Under the pieces are notes generated by a model. The model was not told the DNA's origin. It did no database searches and was given only the letters and a program-made list of their open reading frames with translations. DNA of 61,509 nt, filler included, from Choristocarpus tenellus KU-1152 (Eukaryota; Protista; Phaeophyceae): NCBI GenBank assembly GCA_964200185.2. It is 10 parts of 10 records of this genome, joined end to end, with 100 filler letters (N's around TTAATTAATTAA, not from the genome) between each part and the next. Parts side by side here need not be neighbours in the genome. Positions count along the whole stretch, not along the records: positions 24,914 to 28,602 come from CAXNAD020018505.1; positions 28,703 to 39,133 come from CAXNAD020002936.1; 8 more parts are not named here. The stretch is one strand, 5' to 3'. Shown here piece after piece: positions 25,301 through 37,699 of the stretch. The number at the start of each line of letters is the position of its first letter. The first letter of the stretch is position 1. A program made the position numbers and the translations under genes.

Positions 25301-26161
25301 CATACATACGCTACTGTTTTCAGGTCATGCTACGATTGCGCAGATCGTCTTTCACAAAAAAATAGACGATTTTTTTTTTTCAAAATGCAAGGAAAAAAAA
25401 AAAATTCCAGCTCAATAAGTAAAAAAGGCATGGACCACACTCCCAACAAAGGTTCTTCCTGCTACCAATACGAACACACACTTTTCAGAAAAAAAAAGAA
25501 ACCGCAATGTTTTCGTTTGACGGTTTCAAATAGGAACCGTTTTCAAGTGGGGGCGCTGTCTACTTCAAAATTTAAAATTTCCCCCCCTGTCCGTTGACTT
25601 CTCAAAATTGTTAGTTGGTGGACGAGTATGATGTGCCATGTTTATTGCAAATGGTACAGCAATTCCACATTTACCAATCTACAACTCTAATCTGCACAGG
25701 TTGGGAGTGTCCAAACCATGGAGAATGATATCAACAAGTCTCCTGCGTAGACAGGTGCAACGGGATGTTCATTGGAGACCTGAACAACATGGACAGTTTT
25801 TGGACAGTTTCAGGTGCAGGTCACGCAGGACCAAAATTAAATCAAAATTCCTGTTAAAAAAACCCACCTACAAAGTGGATATGCCAGAGCCCTGTTCTTC
25901 CCAGAGTAACATCCACGATCGTACAGCCTATGACTCTATCGTACAGCATTCATGAAGAACAACAATATCGTTATGGTTTCTGCTATCCAATCTACGAAGG
26001 GGTCAGTGCTGGCAATTGTGACTATAGGTGTGAGAATGGAGACAACCCGGATAGCAGGGGGGGCATGGTTGGTGGTGGAATGAGTTCATGGAAGGTGCAC
26101 CTTTGATAACTGTAGTGCTCAGCATCCCGCAAAGCACTGTATTGCCATGAAACTCCACCAA

Positions 26162-26347
26162 GGCTCAAAGTATCTGGGGGTGGGGGTGGCTGCTGTCCAT
26201 TTGGGGTCATTTTCTTCATGTTGCGATTTTTTAGTGATTTGTTTGCATACGTCGGATGGATAATGTAAATGCACTATTCCTGATTTTGGTCCAAAAATGG
26301 ACACCCTAGTGTAGACCCCCCCCCCCACCCCCCAGATACTTTGGGTC
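26162..26347 (-). mobile_element. MITE copy C, TSD CAA
   Basis: caa|GGCTCAAAGTATCTGGGGG...CCCCAGATACTTTGGGTC|caa. Confidence 0.93.
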
Positions 26348-27524
26348 CAATTATTCCCTAACTTTGAGCAATTGAAGAAACCCCTTAACTACCTTTCTAC
26401 ACTCAGACCAACAGGAAGGAAGGAGAAGTAGTGGCTATGGACAGTACTGTGAGGGAAGGTAGTTAAGGGGTTAGAAGGAAATACGGACAACTATGGGAGG
26501 GAAGTCGCAAATGGATCCAAGCACACTAACCAATGCGCATACTGCCTTGAGAGTAAATATTGTTAGTGGGAGTGCCGTGCTCATATTCGACTGGCAATCC
26601 ATCCGGCAGAGAGCCCGTGGGATGGCGCCTACACAAGGATTCCCTCCAAAACGTTCAGTGCCAAGATCAGCCAGACAACAGCCAGACAACAGCCAGACAA
26701 CGTGGGGCACCTCTGGGGGAACAGGAGCAACAGGTGCGCTTCATCCCTATATTCAAGATGACAGCAGATGAAGAGTATGGTGCTGAGCTCCTACCGTGAC
26801 AGAGAGGTCAGCGTCTTCTGCAACTCAAGAGAAAATGTCCAACTCACACCTCGCTGTGAAGACTTGGTAAGCACCAAGACAACAAGTAAACATGCACCTC
26901 CAGGAACAACGGGAAGTTTTAGGCCAAGGGAGCTCTGGGGGTTTGGTTCTATTGACCTTGAACAGGAGCCGGAGGTCAACAAGGGTGGTGCTCTTGGAAC
27001 GTTCTGTGGGTCTCTGGTCTGCCCTGCTGCACAATGAGTACTGGGGGCCGTTGGCAAGATGGCAGGGAATGAATGGATTCAGGTATAGTGTGGATATAAA
27101 ACGGCTTAAGGAATTTGCCACATCGACTTGAAGTTGAAGTTGAAGTTGAGGGGGTTCGTACACCGACGAGTTGGCAGGAAGTTGAGATTAGAGCAACCTC
27201 AAATTGCAGTATCAAGTGGCATTGGCATGACGATCTAGTACACGAACCCATCAGCCATCATGCACCTGGAGAGTCCCTCTTCCACATATTGGCCCCACGA
27301 TCACTCCACATTCATGACGCAAGACCCACAAGAAATGCAAATCAACAGCGCTCTGCTACCCAAACAAAAGGAGGTTGGAACCCAAAACAGGCTAGTGAAG
27401 TTATACACATGGTCCTGGCGGGCTCCCTCAAATAAAATATCATGGAGATCAAGTCTTTCCAGGCATTCGTTGATAAAAGCAGCATGGACGAGCAGTTTTA
27501 CGGTTCGAGAGTGAGCAACACATC

Positions 27525-27589
27525 AATCAACGGAGGGAAGCAACACAAAAATCAACGGAGGGAAGCAACACAAAAATCAACGGAGGGAA
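27525..27589. repeat. 25-bp tandem repeat x~2.6
   Basis: Unit AATCAACGGAGGGAAGCAACACAAA; CGGAGGGAA recurs at 27531, 27556 and 27581. Confidence 0.9.
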
Positions 27590-28031
27590 CAGGTGTCTAC
27601 ATCGATGAGGTGGCTTGGTAAGGCGTTACACTATGGTCGTGAAGTGCATCCATGGGGATGGCACTGGGGAACTCGGGCAGTCGGCGAGGTCTCAATAAAA
27701 GCAGCCAAAGACAGCATCCGATGAAGGAAACCACCTATGTGAACACCCCCCCATAGCATTAGGACCATCCTGTGTGAACAGAGTGGTTACAAAGTAACTC
27801 GTGAAGGTGGAGAGGAACAATCGGTGAAAACCGGCATGGGCGACGAATTCTTCCTCTTTGCTCCAACATGACGTTAACATCCAACATCAGGAGGTACCAC
27901 ATTCGAGAACCGTCAATATACAACACGACAGAGGGTGTGCGAGATCTTCAAATACAACCAGTGGTGGTTCTGGGGGAATGAATGGCATGTATATCAAACA
28001 AAGCGACAGAGGGGAGCCGCGATGAAGATTC

Positions 28032-28274
28032 ACCTGTACACCTAAGTGGGGGTTATCCTTGTGAGACACGGCTGCCGATTACCTGTACACTTGAGTGGGG
28101 GTTATCCTTGTGAGACACGGCTGCCGATTACCTATACACCGGGGGATATCCTTGTGAGACACGGCTGCCGATTACCTGTACACCTAAGTGGGGGATATCC
28201 TTGTGAGACACGGCTGCCGATTACCTGTACACCTAAGTGGGGGATATCTTTGTGAGACACGGCTGCCGATTACC
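28032..28274. repeat. 49-bp tandem repeat x5 (third unit has a 5-bp deletion)
   Basis: Unit ACCTGTACACCTAAGTGGGGGWTATCCTTGTGAGACACGGCTGCCGATT, starting at 28032, 28081, 28130, 28174 and 28223; no spacers. Confidence 0.95.
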
Positions 28275-28733
28275 ATGATGGCGTGTGTGACCTCTGGACA
28301 CTTCCTCAAGGCTGGTTTGGTGACCTCTGGACCCAGGTACATTGGACTTGTGGGAGAGTGAAACTTCATCAACACAACCGGGGAGGAGGATTAGTCAAAG
28401 TATGATACTGATGGGGACTCTGCTGGGGGTTCAGATGAGGATCTTGGCAGCGGAGCCAATTTGAAGATGCAAGTGACATGTGGGCGGAGAAACATGAAGG
28501 AAAAACATTCTTTGCCATAGGAAGCACAGATCTATCTGCCAGGGTAGGCAAGCAACCAAGGGCGGACTAACAAGAACTACACATCGGGAGTGTGCTTATC
28601 TTNNNNNNNNNNNNNNNNNNNNNNNNNNNNNNNNNNNNNNNNNNNNTTAATTAATTAANNNNNNNNNNNNNNNNNNNNNNNNNNNNNNNNNNNNNNNNNN
28701 NNGACCACCCCCCCCTCCCAGATACTTTGGGTC

Positions 28734-31503
28734 TCCGTTTTTCCGAAGGTGACCAGGTTGATACGACCTATAGAGTAAAAGTCTATTTTCTCGTTCTTGA
28801 GTGAAAAAATATGACATGGTGTAGGCCGTTTCCTTAGTGGGTAATGCTGTATTGCTTGGGTCTGCCAGGTATTGAAAAAAAGCTTCAAACTGCTCATGTT
28901 GGGCCTTGGCTAGAACTTCCGTATCAATTACAGGGAACACATTGATGGAGCTTGCAAAGAGCTCCAAGTCATTTGCCACTTTAGTCATTTCACCTGGTCG
29001 ATCCACAGACAATTCATATGCAGGGTATACCTTACTTGCTTGAGAACTTGCATCAGTGGTTTTTGTGCCCACATTTCGACATATAGGGATTAGGGGTGCT
29101 GGTTCAGATTCATGTTCACAAAATTCTTCCTGTTGAGGACGTGACACCATATCTGGGATGTAATGTAATCTGCCAGGTTTATGAAGGACGGTAAAATCAA
29201 AACTTTGCAAAGCTAAGACCCATCAAGTTAACAGATTGGACATATCTTGCATCGTATGCAGCCACTGTAAGGCTGAATGATCAGTGATAACTGTGAAATG
29301 TTTACCCCAAATATATGGTCTCCAATGTTGGATTGCCAGAATAACTGCAAAGCACTCTTTTTGTGTGGCAGAATATTTACGTTGGGAGGGAGAAAGTAAG
29401 GCACTATGGTATGCAATTATATCAAAATTGTCATCATCATTTTTATGTGCTAAAAACGCCCGTCCCAACATTACTGGCATCTACATGAATAAAAAATTCC
29501 TTAAAAAAATGAGGAAAGTGTATCACCGAAGCCTTATATAACAGTCGTTTGCATTTGTCAAAAGCAGTCTGCTGTGGTCGATTCCATCTAGATGAGATAT
29601 CCTTGTGGTCTTTCTTTGCTCATTTTACTGAGTTGGTCTCTTTGTGTGACTTTCCTTTCTGTGTATGGCAAATCAATTCAACCAACGGTTCTGTTGCTGT
29701 TGCTAGGTGGGGAATATATCTCCTAACAAATTTCATTGAACCTAAAAACGATTGTAAGCCTTTCATAGGTTGAGGAGGATGCATCTCTAATATAGTTTCA
29801 ACACGAGCTTGGGATACAGCTATTTCTTGTGGGCTAACATTATGTCTCAAATAATGGATTTGTTTTGAGCCAAATTGAGCCTTGGACGGCTTTAACGTAA
29901 TCCCTACATCTTGTAATATTGACAAAACTGTAGTGATCAATTGTTTATGGTGTGTCCATGATGGAGAGGCTAAAACAATATCGTCTAAATATATCAACCC
30001 TGAGCTAGAACCGATACTGGAAAAGGTTTCAGATAAAAGCATTGGAAGATCCACGGTGAATTTTGTACTCCAAATGGTAATCTCTGAAACTCATATTTCT
30101 CATCTGGTGTGATGAAGGCAGTTTTTTGTCGTTCGCATTCATCAGTGATCAGTATTTGACAGTAGGCTGATGGAATATCTAAACAAGATAAATATTTTGA
30201 ACCCCCCAACGTGGATAAGCACTCATCCATGGATGGCAAAGGCCATGAATTACGTATCAAATGTTTATTTATGGTTCCTCTAAAATCCACACAGAACCAA
30301 GGTGATCCATCTGGTTTGGCAACAATGGCAACAGGGGATGCCCATGGGCTAGATGAGGGTTTTGTAATACGTTGATTCTCCATTTCAGTTACGCATTGTC
30401 GAATAGTGTCGCGTATTTTTGGTGCCGTGCGATACGGTGATCTAGTAATAGGTTTTGTGCCTGGTTGTAATGGAAAGTTAACAGAAGTAGTGGTACAGCA
30501 ACCTAATTCTTTTTCGGACAATGAAAAGATTGGTCTGAATTTAGCCACTCTATCTAGTAACTCCTCTTGTTCAGACAGTGTCAGTTGAGTATTTGTAAAA
30601 GCCTTCTTGGAAAAAAACAACTTCAATTCCTCCCTAGCCTGTTTCAGTTCTTCAGGGGTAGATGGTGTGGCTGCAACTGCACTCACTGTAGTGTCTGACA
30701 AGCTGTATGTTTTTGAAACAGGAGAAACATGACCAACTACAAACTCTGCTGGTATCTTCATTCCTTTTTGTGACAAATTGGCAATTTTGACTAGACGTCC
30801 TCCATCTTCTTCCCAAACAGTGAGGGTTTGACTGACCATTATGTGTTGCCAGTGGGGATGTATGTCGTCCTCATGCTGGAGGTCTGCGCCAGTGTAAATG
30901 ATAGGTTCCACCACTGCATCGGTAGCTGTTCCTCGAAGTGCCTGAGAACAAACTGGAACAAGCCTTCATACTTAAAGTTTGCATGGCCACTGCCACCAAA
31001 CCTTGGTCATGCGAAGTCCCCTCCATCCCCTCATCGACAATCTTCTGGGCGTAGACGAGTTGGCGATTCATGTACGTCTGGATATCGAACGTCGCCACCG
31101 CACTGTGCTCGCCTTTTTCCTCGTGATCTTCTGTCAACACGCTGAACCGGTTCAGGCCCGAATTATGGGCAGGGCCTTCCCTCAGCCTCTGCTCCGCTAT
31201 CCCTTCCTGCTTTAGCAAGCCACCAGGGGTGCCTTTGTCTACCAATGTAGACGCGGGAATCGGTCGAGGTTGGGCATTAATGGTACCCCCCTCATTACCT
31301 CCATCAGTTGTCGTGCTTAAGGTTGCCTTCTTCCCTTTCCTTGTAGCCGACTTCTCCTTGCTTTTAGCATTATTAGATGTGGCAGTAGGTGTGGGAATGG
31401 TAATGTCAGACATAATGTGGCGTGAGTTAGCCCCCTTGAACACTAGGCGTGAACCCCACTGTGGAAGTGTCAAAAGTGCCAAGTTCTCTGCTCTAGGGGA
31501 CAA
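28734..31503 (-). mobile_element. pol: Ty3/Gypsy LTR retrotransposon remnant: partial gag-like ORF, RT and RNase H; frameshifted and cut by a MITE end at 28733
   Basis: SSSPWASPVAIVAKPDGSPWFCVDFR, KTAFITP..KYEFQRLPFG, YLDDI, YSATQKECFAVILAIQHWRPY, VITDHSALQWL, FDFTVLHKPGRLHYIPDMVSR. Confidence 0.95.
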
Positions 31504-34073
31504 TCACAATCACCGGACTGAAACTCCTTTACCTCAGAGGGTGAGATCGAGTTTCAAAGGCCTTGGCTCAACATCTCAGAACAGATGAGGAAATTCAGCA
31601 CAGAGCAAAAACCTTAAGACACAACAGATGTTCCCGAATGACTGAGCAACATCACAGCAAAGAAATGGATCGGTCAGAATCGAATGGTTCTTCTTTCTGA
31701 CAGTCCACTTTGGCTGTTTGGTCAAATCCGGATCTTATGGGTGTGGTTGGTTTATTGGACTGGTCGGTATGGATGAGCTCAAATGACGTTGGCGCGCGCA
31801 ATTGTATATGACCGCGCGTCTTATGCATAATGTGTGTGTACACCCTGTCTTTAAAACATGAACAAATATTTGTCGATACCACTCAACCTCTCTCTGCGAA
31901 ACCTGTGCAAATACTTGTCGTACCATTCCCCCGTCTACGAAGGTAGATTATGTATGTACAAAAAATTGAATGTACAGAGGATTCCCTGGCACAAATACAT
32001 TCGTTCAAATCCCTCCACAACGGTTTACCTTTGTGAGCATAAGTTCTACAAATCACAGTAGTGTGTTGATTAGTCAACATTTCAATTTGTTAACGAAAGA
32101 TTTATCCCGCCACTCTCAGAAACATGTAAGAGCGAAAATAATTCGGATCACAAATGAAGGGGTCGACTCCTAAATCTTTGGTTTGTCAGGATGTGCCCCA
32201 ACATGCCTAACTCAAATTTATGACAGGAATGGAGGTTGATTTGCCAGAAGTTGATTTGTATGCCACAAATCAGATAAGTCTGTCCCACATGTGAAAAAAA
32301 TTCTGTATGTGCAGCAGTATGTTGGCATGGATGGGTAGGTGAAGGGGGTTATCTAAAGGTGGTAACGGCTTCGTTGACTTGACCATGCTTCGTGTTGTGT
32401 GGTCACGAGAACAATCCCAGGCCGAATTTTCGCCTCTGAGAAGTGCTTCTGTTGAAAGGAAGATCTGACTGGCATGACTATATTACCACAAACAAATTCA
32501 TCAAACGTATTCCAGAATATAGGTGTCATGAACCTACTAGACGAGATAAAACATTCTCCTAATTTGAAGCATGTGAACAAGTAAGGCCTCTATATATCAG
32601 CAAGAAAAGAAATATGTTGCCTTGTTCATCAACATTACAGGAAATACAACCTCTGAATGTCTTGTGTGGTGCACGAAATGTCGTCATGAAATGGTTTGGA
32701 ACAAAACATTGACAAATCGCAAAAAAGGAAAAAACAATGGCAACAAGGATCTCGTATTAGAAGACATTACTTGCAGGCACAAGGAAAAGATTAAAAGGAA
32801 TACAAAGTCACCGGTGACAGCGCTCACCTGCACACACTATGCTATTAACACACAAAGCTCTTATGCAGTGGACTAAGGGAAATATTGCATAACGGTACAG
32901 CTGGATCCTGGAAATATGGAGTCCGTACATGAAGATGGAAAGGGTGGCAAGCATCTTTTGCTGTTCCTATCCTATCACTGCTGCTGTAATTCCATCTCTT
33001 GTATTTTCAAGGCACATCTATCAACTATTAACAGATATGTAGAAATACAAATGTGTGGCAAAATACACGGCCTCATCAGCATACCACAGCAACAAAACTC
33101 AATACCAAATCAGTCATAGGACACAAGCATATCAAAATATAGGCGCACACATCCCCATCCAGTACAATCTTCCACTTCTTACACCCACCATCACCATCTC
33201 ATCACTACAGTGGGTCGAAATGGGTAAAAACTAATTTTATGTAGATGCTGTAACATAACCCTCAACACACAAAGTTAATTAGGAACAAGACACAATACCA
33301 GATGTATCAATCACTAAATTGTGGCTTTCAAAAGTCACACACAATGTACTACTCTCACTGAAGATAGCACTTACACTCAACCCAAGGAATTAAATGGAGG
33401 AAACCTCTCCTTTCGCACTCCAATAGGGTATCAGAAGAGTGTAAGCGCAAAAATACATCCCCCATACCAAAAAAAAGTTATTGCCTCACAAGTCATCATT
33501 CTTGGTAACAGTTGAAATTGATAGCCAAAATTGAAAATACCCTTCTTGCCAGGAGGGCAAGCAAGTGACTACACTTGTTGGGAAGAGGGGAAGGATACAT
33601 GAGGTGCAACAAAGGACTGAGACCAACAGATGACACAGGAAATTACAATCTACAGGGCTACATAAAGTGGGCTTAAAAAAAAAAAAGGCAATATATTTTT
33701 TGCGGAAGTTGTGGAGAAAAGAGTTAAGACTAGCGAAGCTCTAGCTCTTTACTGTCAGGCAATGACCTTTGACTCCTCAGGGCAAAATCGTGATGGAACA
33801 GGATGACGTAGCTGTCTCGTTCTTGCCGTCAAAGGTATCACTCGAGTACACTACATCTGTGGGGGAACAACAACCAAGAGGAGAGTGCAGGACACAGAGT
33901 GGTGAGAAGCAAGACTCCTGTAATAATTTCACAATCTAGGGACAAACATTCACACCAACTTATCATAATATCTATGAAGTGCCACCCAGGCAAGGATAAA
34001 TTGAGGATAATGTGCAAAATGAAAAGACACTGAAAATTGTTAACCAAGAACTCTGGAGTCATTTTGAGGTTTA

Positions 34074-37019
34074 TCAGACTGTAACAGCATCCCACCTGCT
34101 CTGCCCTTCTGGGGATTCACACTTGCTGCCCGAGTCCTTTTCCTTTTCTTTCACCGGGCCTCCATCTTTCACAATATCAGTGCTGACACAGATGTTACGT
34201 TCATCACCCCGTTCATTGCCACCACCACCACCACCACCTCTGATGGCACCATCACCACAATCACCATCATTGTCATCCGCCCTAGCTCCCCTTCTCTCAA
34301 CCACTTCATCTTCCTCCCCAGAGTTGTTCTCCGTTGAATTTATTTCATCTCCAAACACATCGTCTCGTGAATCTCCTCCCTCCGAGCTCGCAGAGCCACT
34401 GTCCCCGTTAAGGTCACGGGTCTGGCTTGAGTTGCTACCAGGCTCAATGCTGGATATACTGCTGTCCCCTCCAGAGGAACACTCAGAGGCTTCATCTTCC
34501 CATTCACTTCTTGAGTCACCGCCATTTCTGCCTCCCTGCAAACCCCTTCCCCCCACTTCTCCCCCTCTCCCCTCCTTGGCAGTAGGCCTACGCCTTTTCC
34601 TGCTTATCCTTCCATCCTTCATTTCCCAAACCTGTGATGATGACACATTCTTCATACCCTGAAGCATGAGAGAGTTGTTGCTGACTGACCTCTCCATCAT
34701 CTGTGCCCTCTTTGTTTTGACCACTGCACTTGCCTTTTCTGGTACTGTGGCTCCAACTACACCTTTGTCTGTACCCTGTGCAGAGCAATCCACATCTGAT
34801 TTAGCTGCTGACGACATGCTGCTCACATGTGCATTGACAGTAGCTGATTGCTGATCTGCCGTACCCCAAAACCTGCTGTCCAGGCTTGTGTGTTGGGACC
34901 ACCCTGGCATCACCCCCGATGCTCCAGTCCCAGCCCCAACTCCAGCATCAGCTCCTATCCCTACTACCCTCTTGTCCATAGGTATCCTAGGCGGGAGTTG
35001 CATATACTGGAGTGGCATGCTTGGTTGTTGTGGCTGGACATGTGCATGGTTGATACCTACAGGCATATGACCATGTGGTGGGAATCCAATGCCACCGTGC
35101 ATATACATGGGTAAAACCTGCTTCACTGGAACACTCGCCATACCATAGGGGTAGTACCCAGGGGGCGGTGGGGAATGTGCAGCAGAGTGCAGGTGGGGGT
35201 GGATGACTCCAGAGGAGTGGTGTGGGTGGGGATGGGAGTGACCATGTGGTTGAGGGTGGCCATGCTGCTGGAAATGGGGGTGGTGTGGCACATGCTGATG
35301 TGGCTGCATCTGTGGCACACATGCTCCTGGAGTCGCACTGTTTTTGTCGAGCAAATGCACCCCTTGCTGAACAGGATGTGTTGAGGCTGTGCTGCTGACC
35401 GCAGGACTGCCCAACTGGGTCACACTTGTGCTCATACTATCTATACTCTCGCGAAGCTTGCAATTTTCCTGCTCCAGCCGAGCAATTGTTCCCTCTGTTG
35501 CTTCCAGGTACAGCTTCTTTCGATCACGGGTGCGTTTGGCATGCATTCTATTACGCTCACGTCGGATCTCCTCAATCTCCTCTGCTGTGCACTCAGAGCG
35601 GTCCTTGGATGCAAGCTCACGTAGACGCTTCGAATCCCCCAGTCTGCCCACCCTTGTCCCCTCCAGGTCTTGGTCATCATCACCACCCTCCCCCTGTAGA
35701 TATCTTTCGTCCCCACCTCTGCCCCCCTGACTTGCATCTCCTTTTGACTCAGCATCTCCCTCATAGACAGAGGATGTACCATTGCCAGAGTCAGAACTAT
35801 TGGTTTCAGAAGAAGTACGTCCTGAGCCAGAGCTGGTGGTTGACCTCGTCCCAGCAATGCTACTTGTCGAATCCATCTCATCCTTGGATGATCCCTCACC
35901 ACTCCTTGATTCCGTTTCGTCGCTCTCTGATGTGCCCTGCTGCCTTCCTGCCAAGGCACTTAGGTTGATAGGAGACTGAGAAAGTGCACCTCCTTCATTG
36001 TGTTGCGAACCTTCTCCACCACTTAAACCCAATAAAATGCCTGCGGTACGGCGGTCTCTGACAACCTGCTGAAGTCGTTGTTGTTCCTTATGCAGCTCTG
36101 CAGTTCGCCTCTGCAGCAGCTGGAGCTGGATTTTCTTGCGTTGTCGTGTCTTTCGCGCATGTAGGCGATTGCGCTCCCGACTACGCTGCAATCGCTCCTC
36201 AGCTGTTAACCTACGGCGCTTCCCATTCACATCGAAGACATCCCCTTCCCCACTTTTACTGCCGACTCCCTCCTCATCCAGGGTATCTTTCTCACACGTC
36301 TCGCCTTGATCGGGGTGAGTCGGCACACCATCGGGCGCAGAGTAGTGTGCGGTAGGCTGTTGTACCGTCATTGGGTGAAGGGCGTGACTCAATGACTGCG
36401 CAGATCCAGGCTGGTGAAGCACAACGTTCCGCTCCATAGTTTCCAGGTAAGATGGACGTTGTTGCCCTGAGGTCATCGCTGGCGCTGCAAACTGCGCTTG
36501 CCAACGTGGCGTCATGGGTATGGCTTGCGAGGGGACCCCACTGGCATCCATACTGAGACCATAACTCTCAGGCACCCCGTAGGGATATAATGGTCCAGGC
36601 GACGCGTACGGATACCATCCTCCGTGAGGCGCCATACCACCCATGCTGCCCACCCTCCCATCCAGACTGGGCGTCCACTGCCCTGGGACTACCGTCGACG
36701 CGCCATTTGCCCCGATTACTGACCCTGGCAAGGACCCACCAACTGCAGGATTCACACCAGATACTTGAGATGACTGAGCCACACTCTGTGTGCCATTTCC
36801 TGTCCCTGCACTTGGTCTCACGGCCACCGTGTGACCCATAATCTCTGTTGAGGTAGACTGAGGGGATTTCGTAACAATCGGGTTGCGGAAAGCTCCCGTG
36901 CTCGCACCACCATATGAGGCTTGGGACTGCGGCATGTACCACCCTGATGAGCCCAGCGAACCTGAAGGCATTCCTGTCGGGTAACTCGTCACCGTCGATG
37001 TTCCAGACATCCCACTCAT
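34074..37019 (-). CDS. Intronless 981-aa transcription factor with two bZIP domains
   Basis: Long uninterrupted ORF with an in-frame TAA three codons upstream of the ATG. Basic/zipper regions RSRERNRLHARKTRQRKKIQLQLLQRRTAELHKEQQRL (~36070-36190) and RRERNRMHAKRTRDRKKLYLEATEGTIARLEQENCKL (~35455-35565); His/Pro-rich and Ser/Gly/acidic low-complexity regions. Confidence 0.93.
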   Translation of the reverse strand: MSGMSGTSTVTSYPTGMPSGSLGSSGWYMPQSQASYGGASTGAFRNPIVTKSPQSTSTEIMGHTVAVRPSAGTGNGTQSVAQSSQVSGVNPAVGGSLPGSVIGANGASTVVPGQWTPSLDGRVGSMGGMAPHGGWYPYASPGPLYPYGVPESYGLSMDASGVPSQAIPMTPRWQAQFAAPAMTSGQQRPSYLETMERNVVLHQPGSAQSLSHALHPMTVQQPTAHYSAPDGVPTHPDQGETCEKDTLDEEGVGSKSGEGDVFDVNGKRRRLTAEERLQRSRERNRLHARKTRQRKKIQLQLLQRRTAELHKEQQRLQQVVRDRRTAGILLGLSGGEGSQHNEGGALSQSPINLSALAGRQQGTSESDETESRSGEGSSKDEMDSTSSIAGTRSTTSSGSGRTSSETNSSDSGNGTSSVYEGDAESKGDASQGGRGGDERYLQGEGGDDDQDLEGTRVGRLGDSKRLRELASKDRSECTAEEIEEIRRERNRMHAKRTRDRKKLYLEATEGTIARLEQENCKLRESIDSMSTSVTQLGSPAVSSTASTHPVQQGVHLLDKNSATPGACVPQMQPHQHVPHHPHFQQHGHPQPHGHSHPHPHHSSGVIHPHLHSAAHSPPPPGYYPYGMASVPVKQVLPMYMHGGIGFPPHGHMPVGINHAHVQPQQPSMPLQYMQLPPRIPMDKRVVGIGADAGVGAGTGASGVMPGWSQHTSLDSRFWGTADQQSATVNAHVSSMSSAAKSDVDCSAQGTDKGVVGATVPEKASAVVKTKRAQMMERSVSNNSLMLQGMKNVSSSQVWEMKDGRISRKRRRPTAKEGRGGEVGGRGLQGGRNGGDSRSEWEDEASECSSGGDSSISSIEPGSNSSQTRDLNGDSGSASSEGGDSRDDVFGDEINSTENNSGEEDEVVERRGARADDNDGDCGDGAIRGGGGGGGNERGDERNICVSTDIVKDGGPVKEKEKDSGSKCESPEGQSRWDAVTV

Positions 37020-37455
37020 CCCCTCTTACGGACCCTGCTCCACGCCGACAAGATTCGCTTTCGTTGCCAGTGGTCCCTTGTCGATTTCTCGTTTCGATTA
37101 TCTAAGGAAGTCCATCTCTACGTTACACTCCTTTGCAAGGGTCGGGTGCGAGTGGATTATGTTTAGAGGGGGAGTGCACCAGTGAGTTAGACTGTGAAAT
37201 ACAAGTTGAAAGGACATGCTTGAGAAACAGAATTGCTGAACGTTCGGTACCAACTTTGATGATTTAACATAATAGCCTGGCTCACTTCCACTGCGAACCT
37301 GGTCAAGTTAACAAACACAATCTATAGGTCCCATGTCCTAAACCCTTTCTAGCTACCCTCGCCAGAGCACTAGATAGACCCCACATAGTTAGACATCATC
37401 CCGCCTCTCGACTCTATCAAGGAACAAGCAGAATTGTAACCTGAACGACCCACCT

Positions 37456-37493
37456 CGTTCGTTCGTTCGTTCGTTCGTTCGTTCGTTCGTTCG
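37456..37493. repeat. (TTCG)n microsatellite in the putative 5' leader of the bZIP gene
   Basis: Read directly. Confidence 0.9.
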
Positions 37494-37699
37494 CTTGCTT
37501 GCTTAGCTTCTCCTGACAATCACCGTCGATAGGAGCTTCTAGTTCGTAGTTACAATGCAGATACTGGTCTCCAATCCCTCGTTCCCTTGCTTTAGACGAG
37601 AGATAGCCCTTGTACTCCAGACCACAAGGTTGATATTGTGATGGAAACACGAAAACGTGGTGACTTAAAAATGAATGGAACAACAATGCAGATGGGATT

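Noticed and set aside
28032-28274. CRISPR-like array
   Set aside because: Units are contiguous with no unique spacers, there are no cas genes, and the context is eukaryotic; this is a minisatellite.
34012-36942. Multiple overlapping and antisense ORFs
   Set aside because: Shadow frames of the low-complexity 981-aa bZIP ORF.
36944-36962. Hammerhead-like CTGATGAG...GAA core
   Set aside because: No GAAA or flanking stems; it is antisense to bZIP coding sequence and is likely a chance match.
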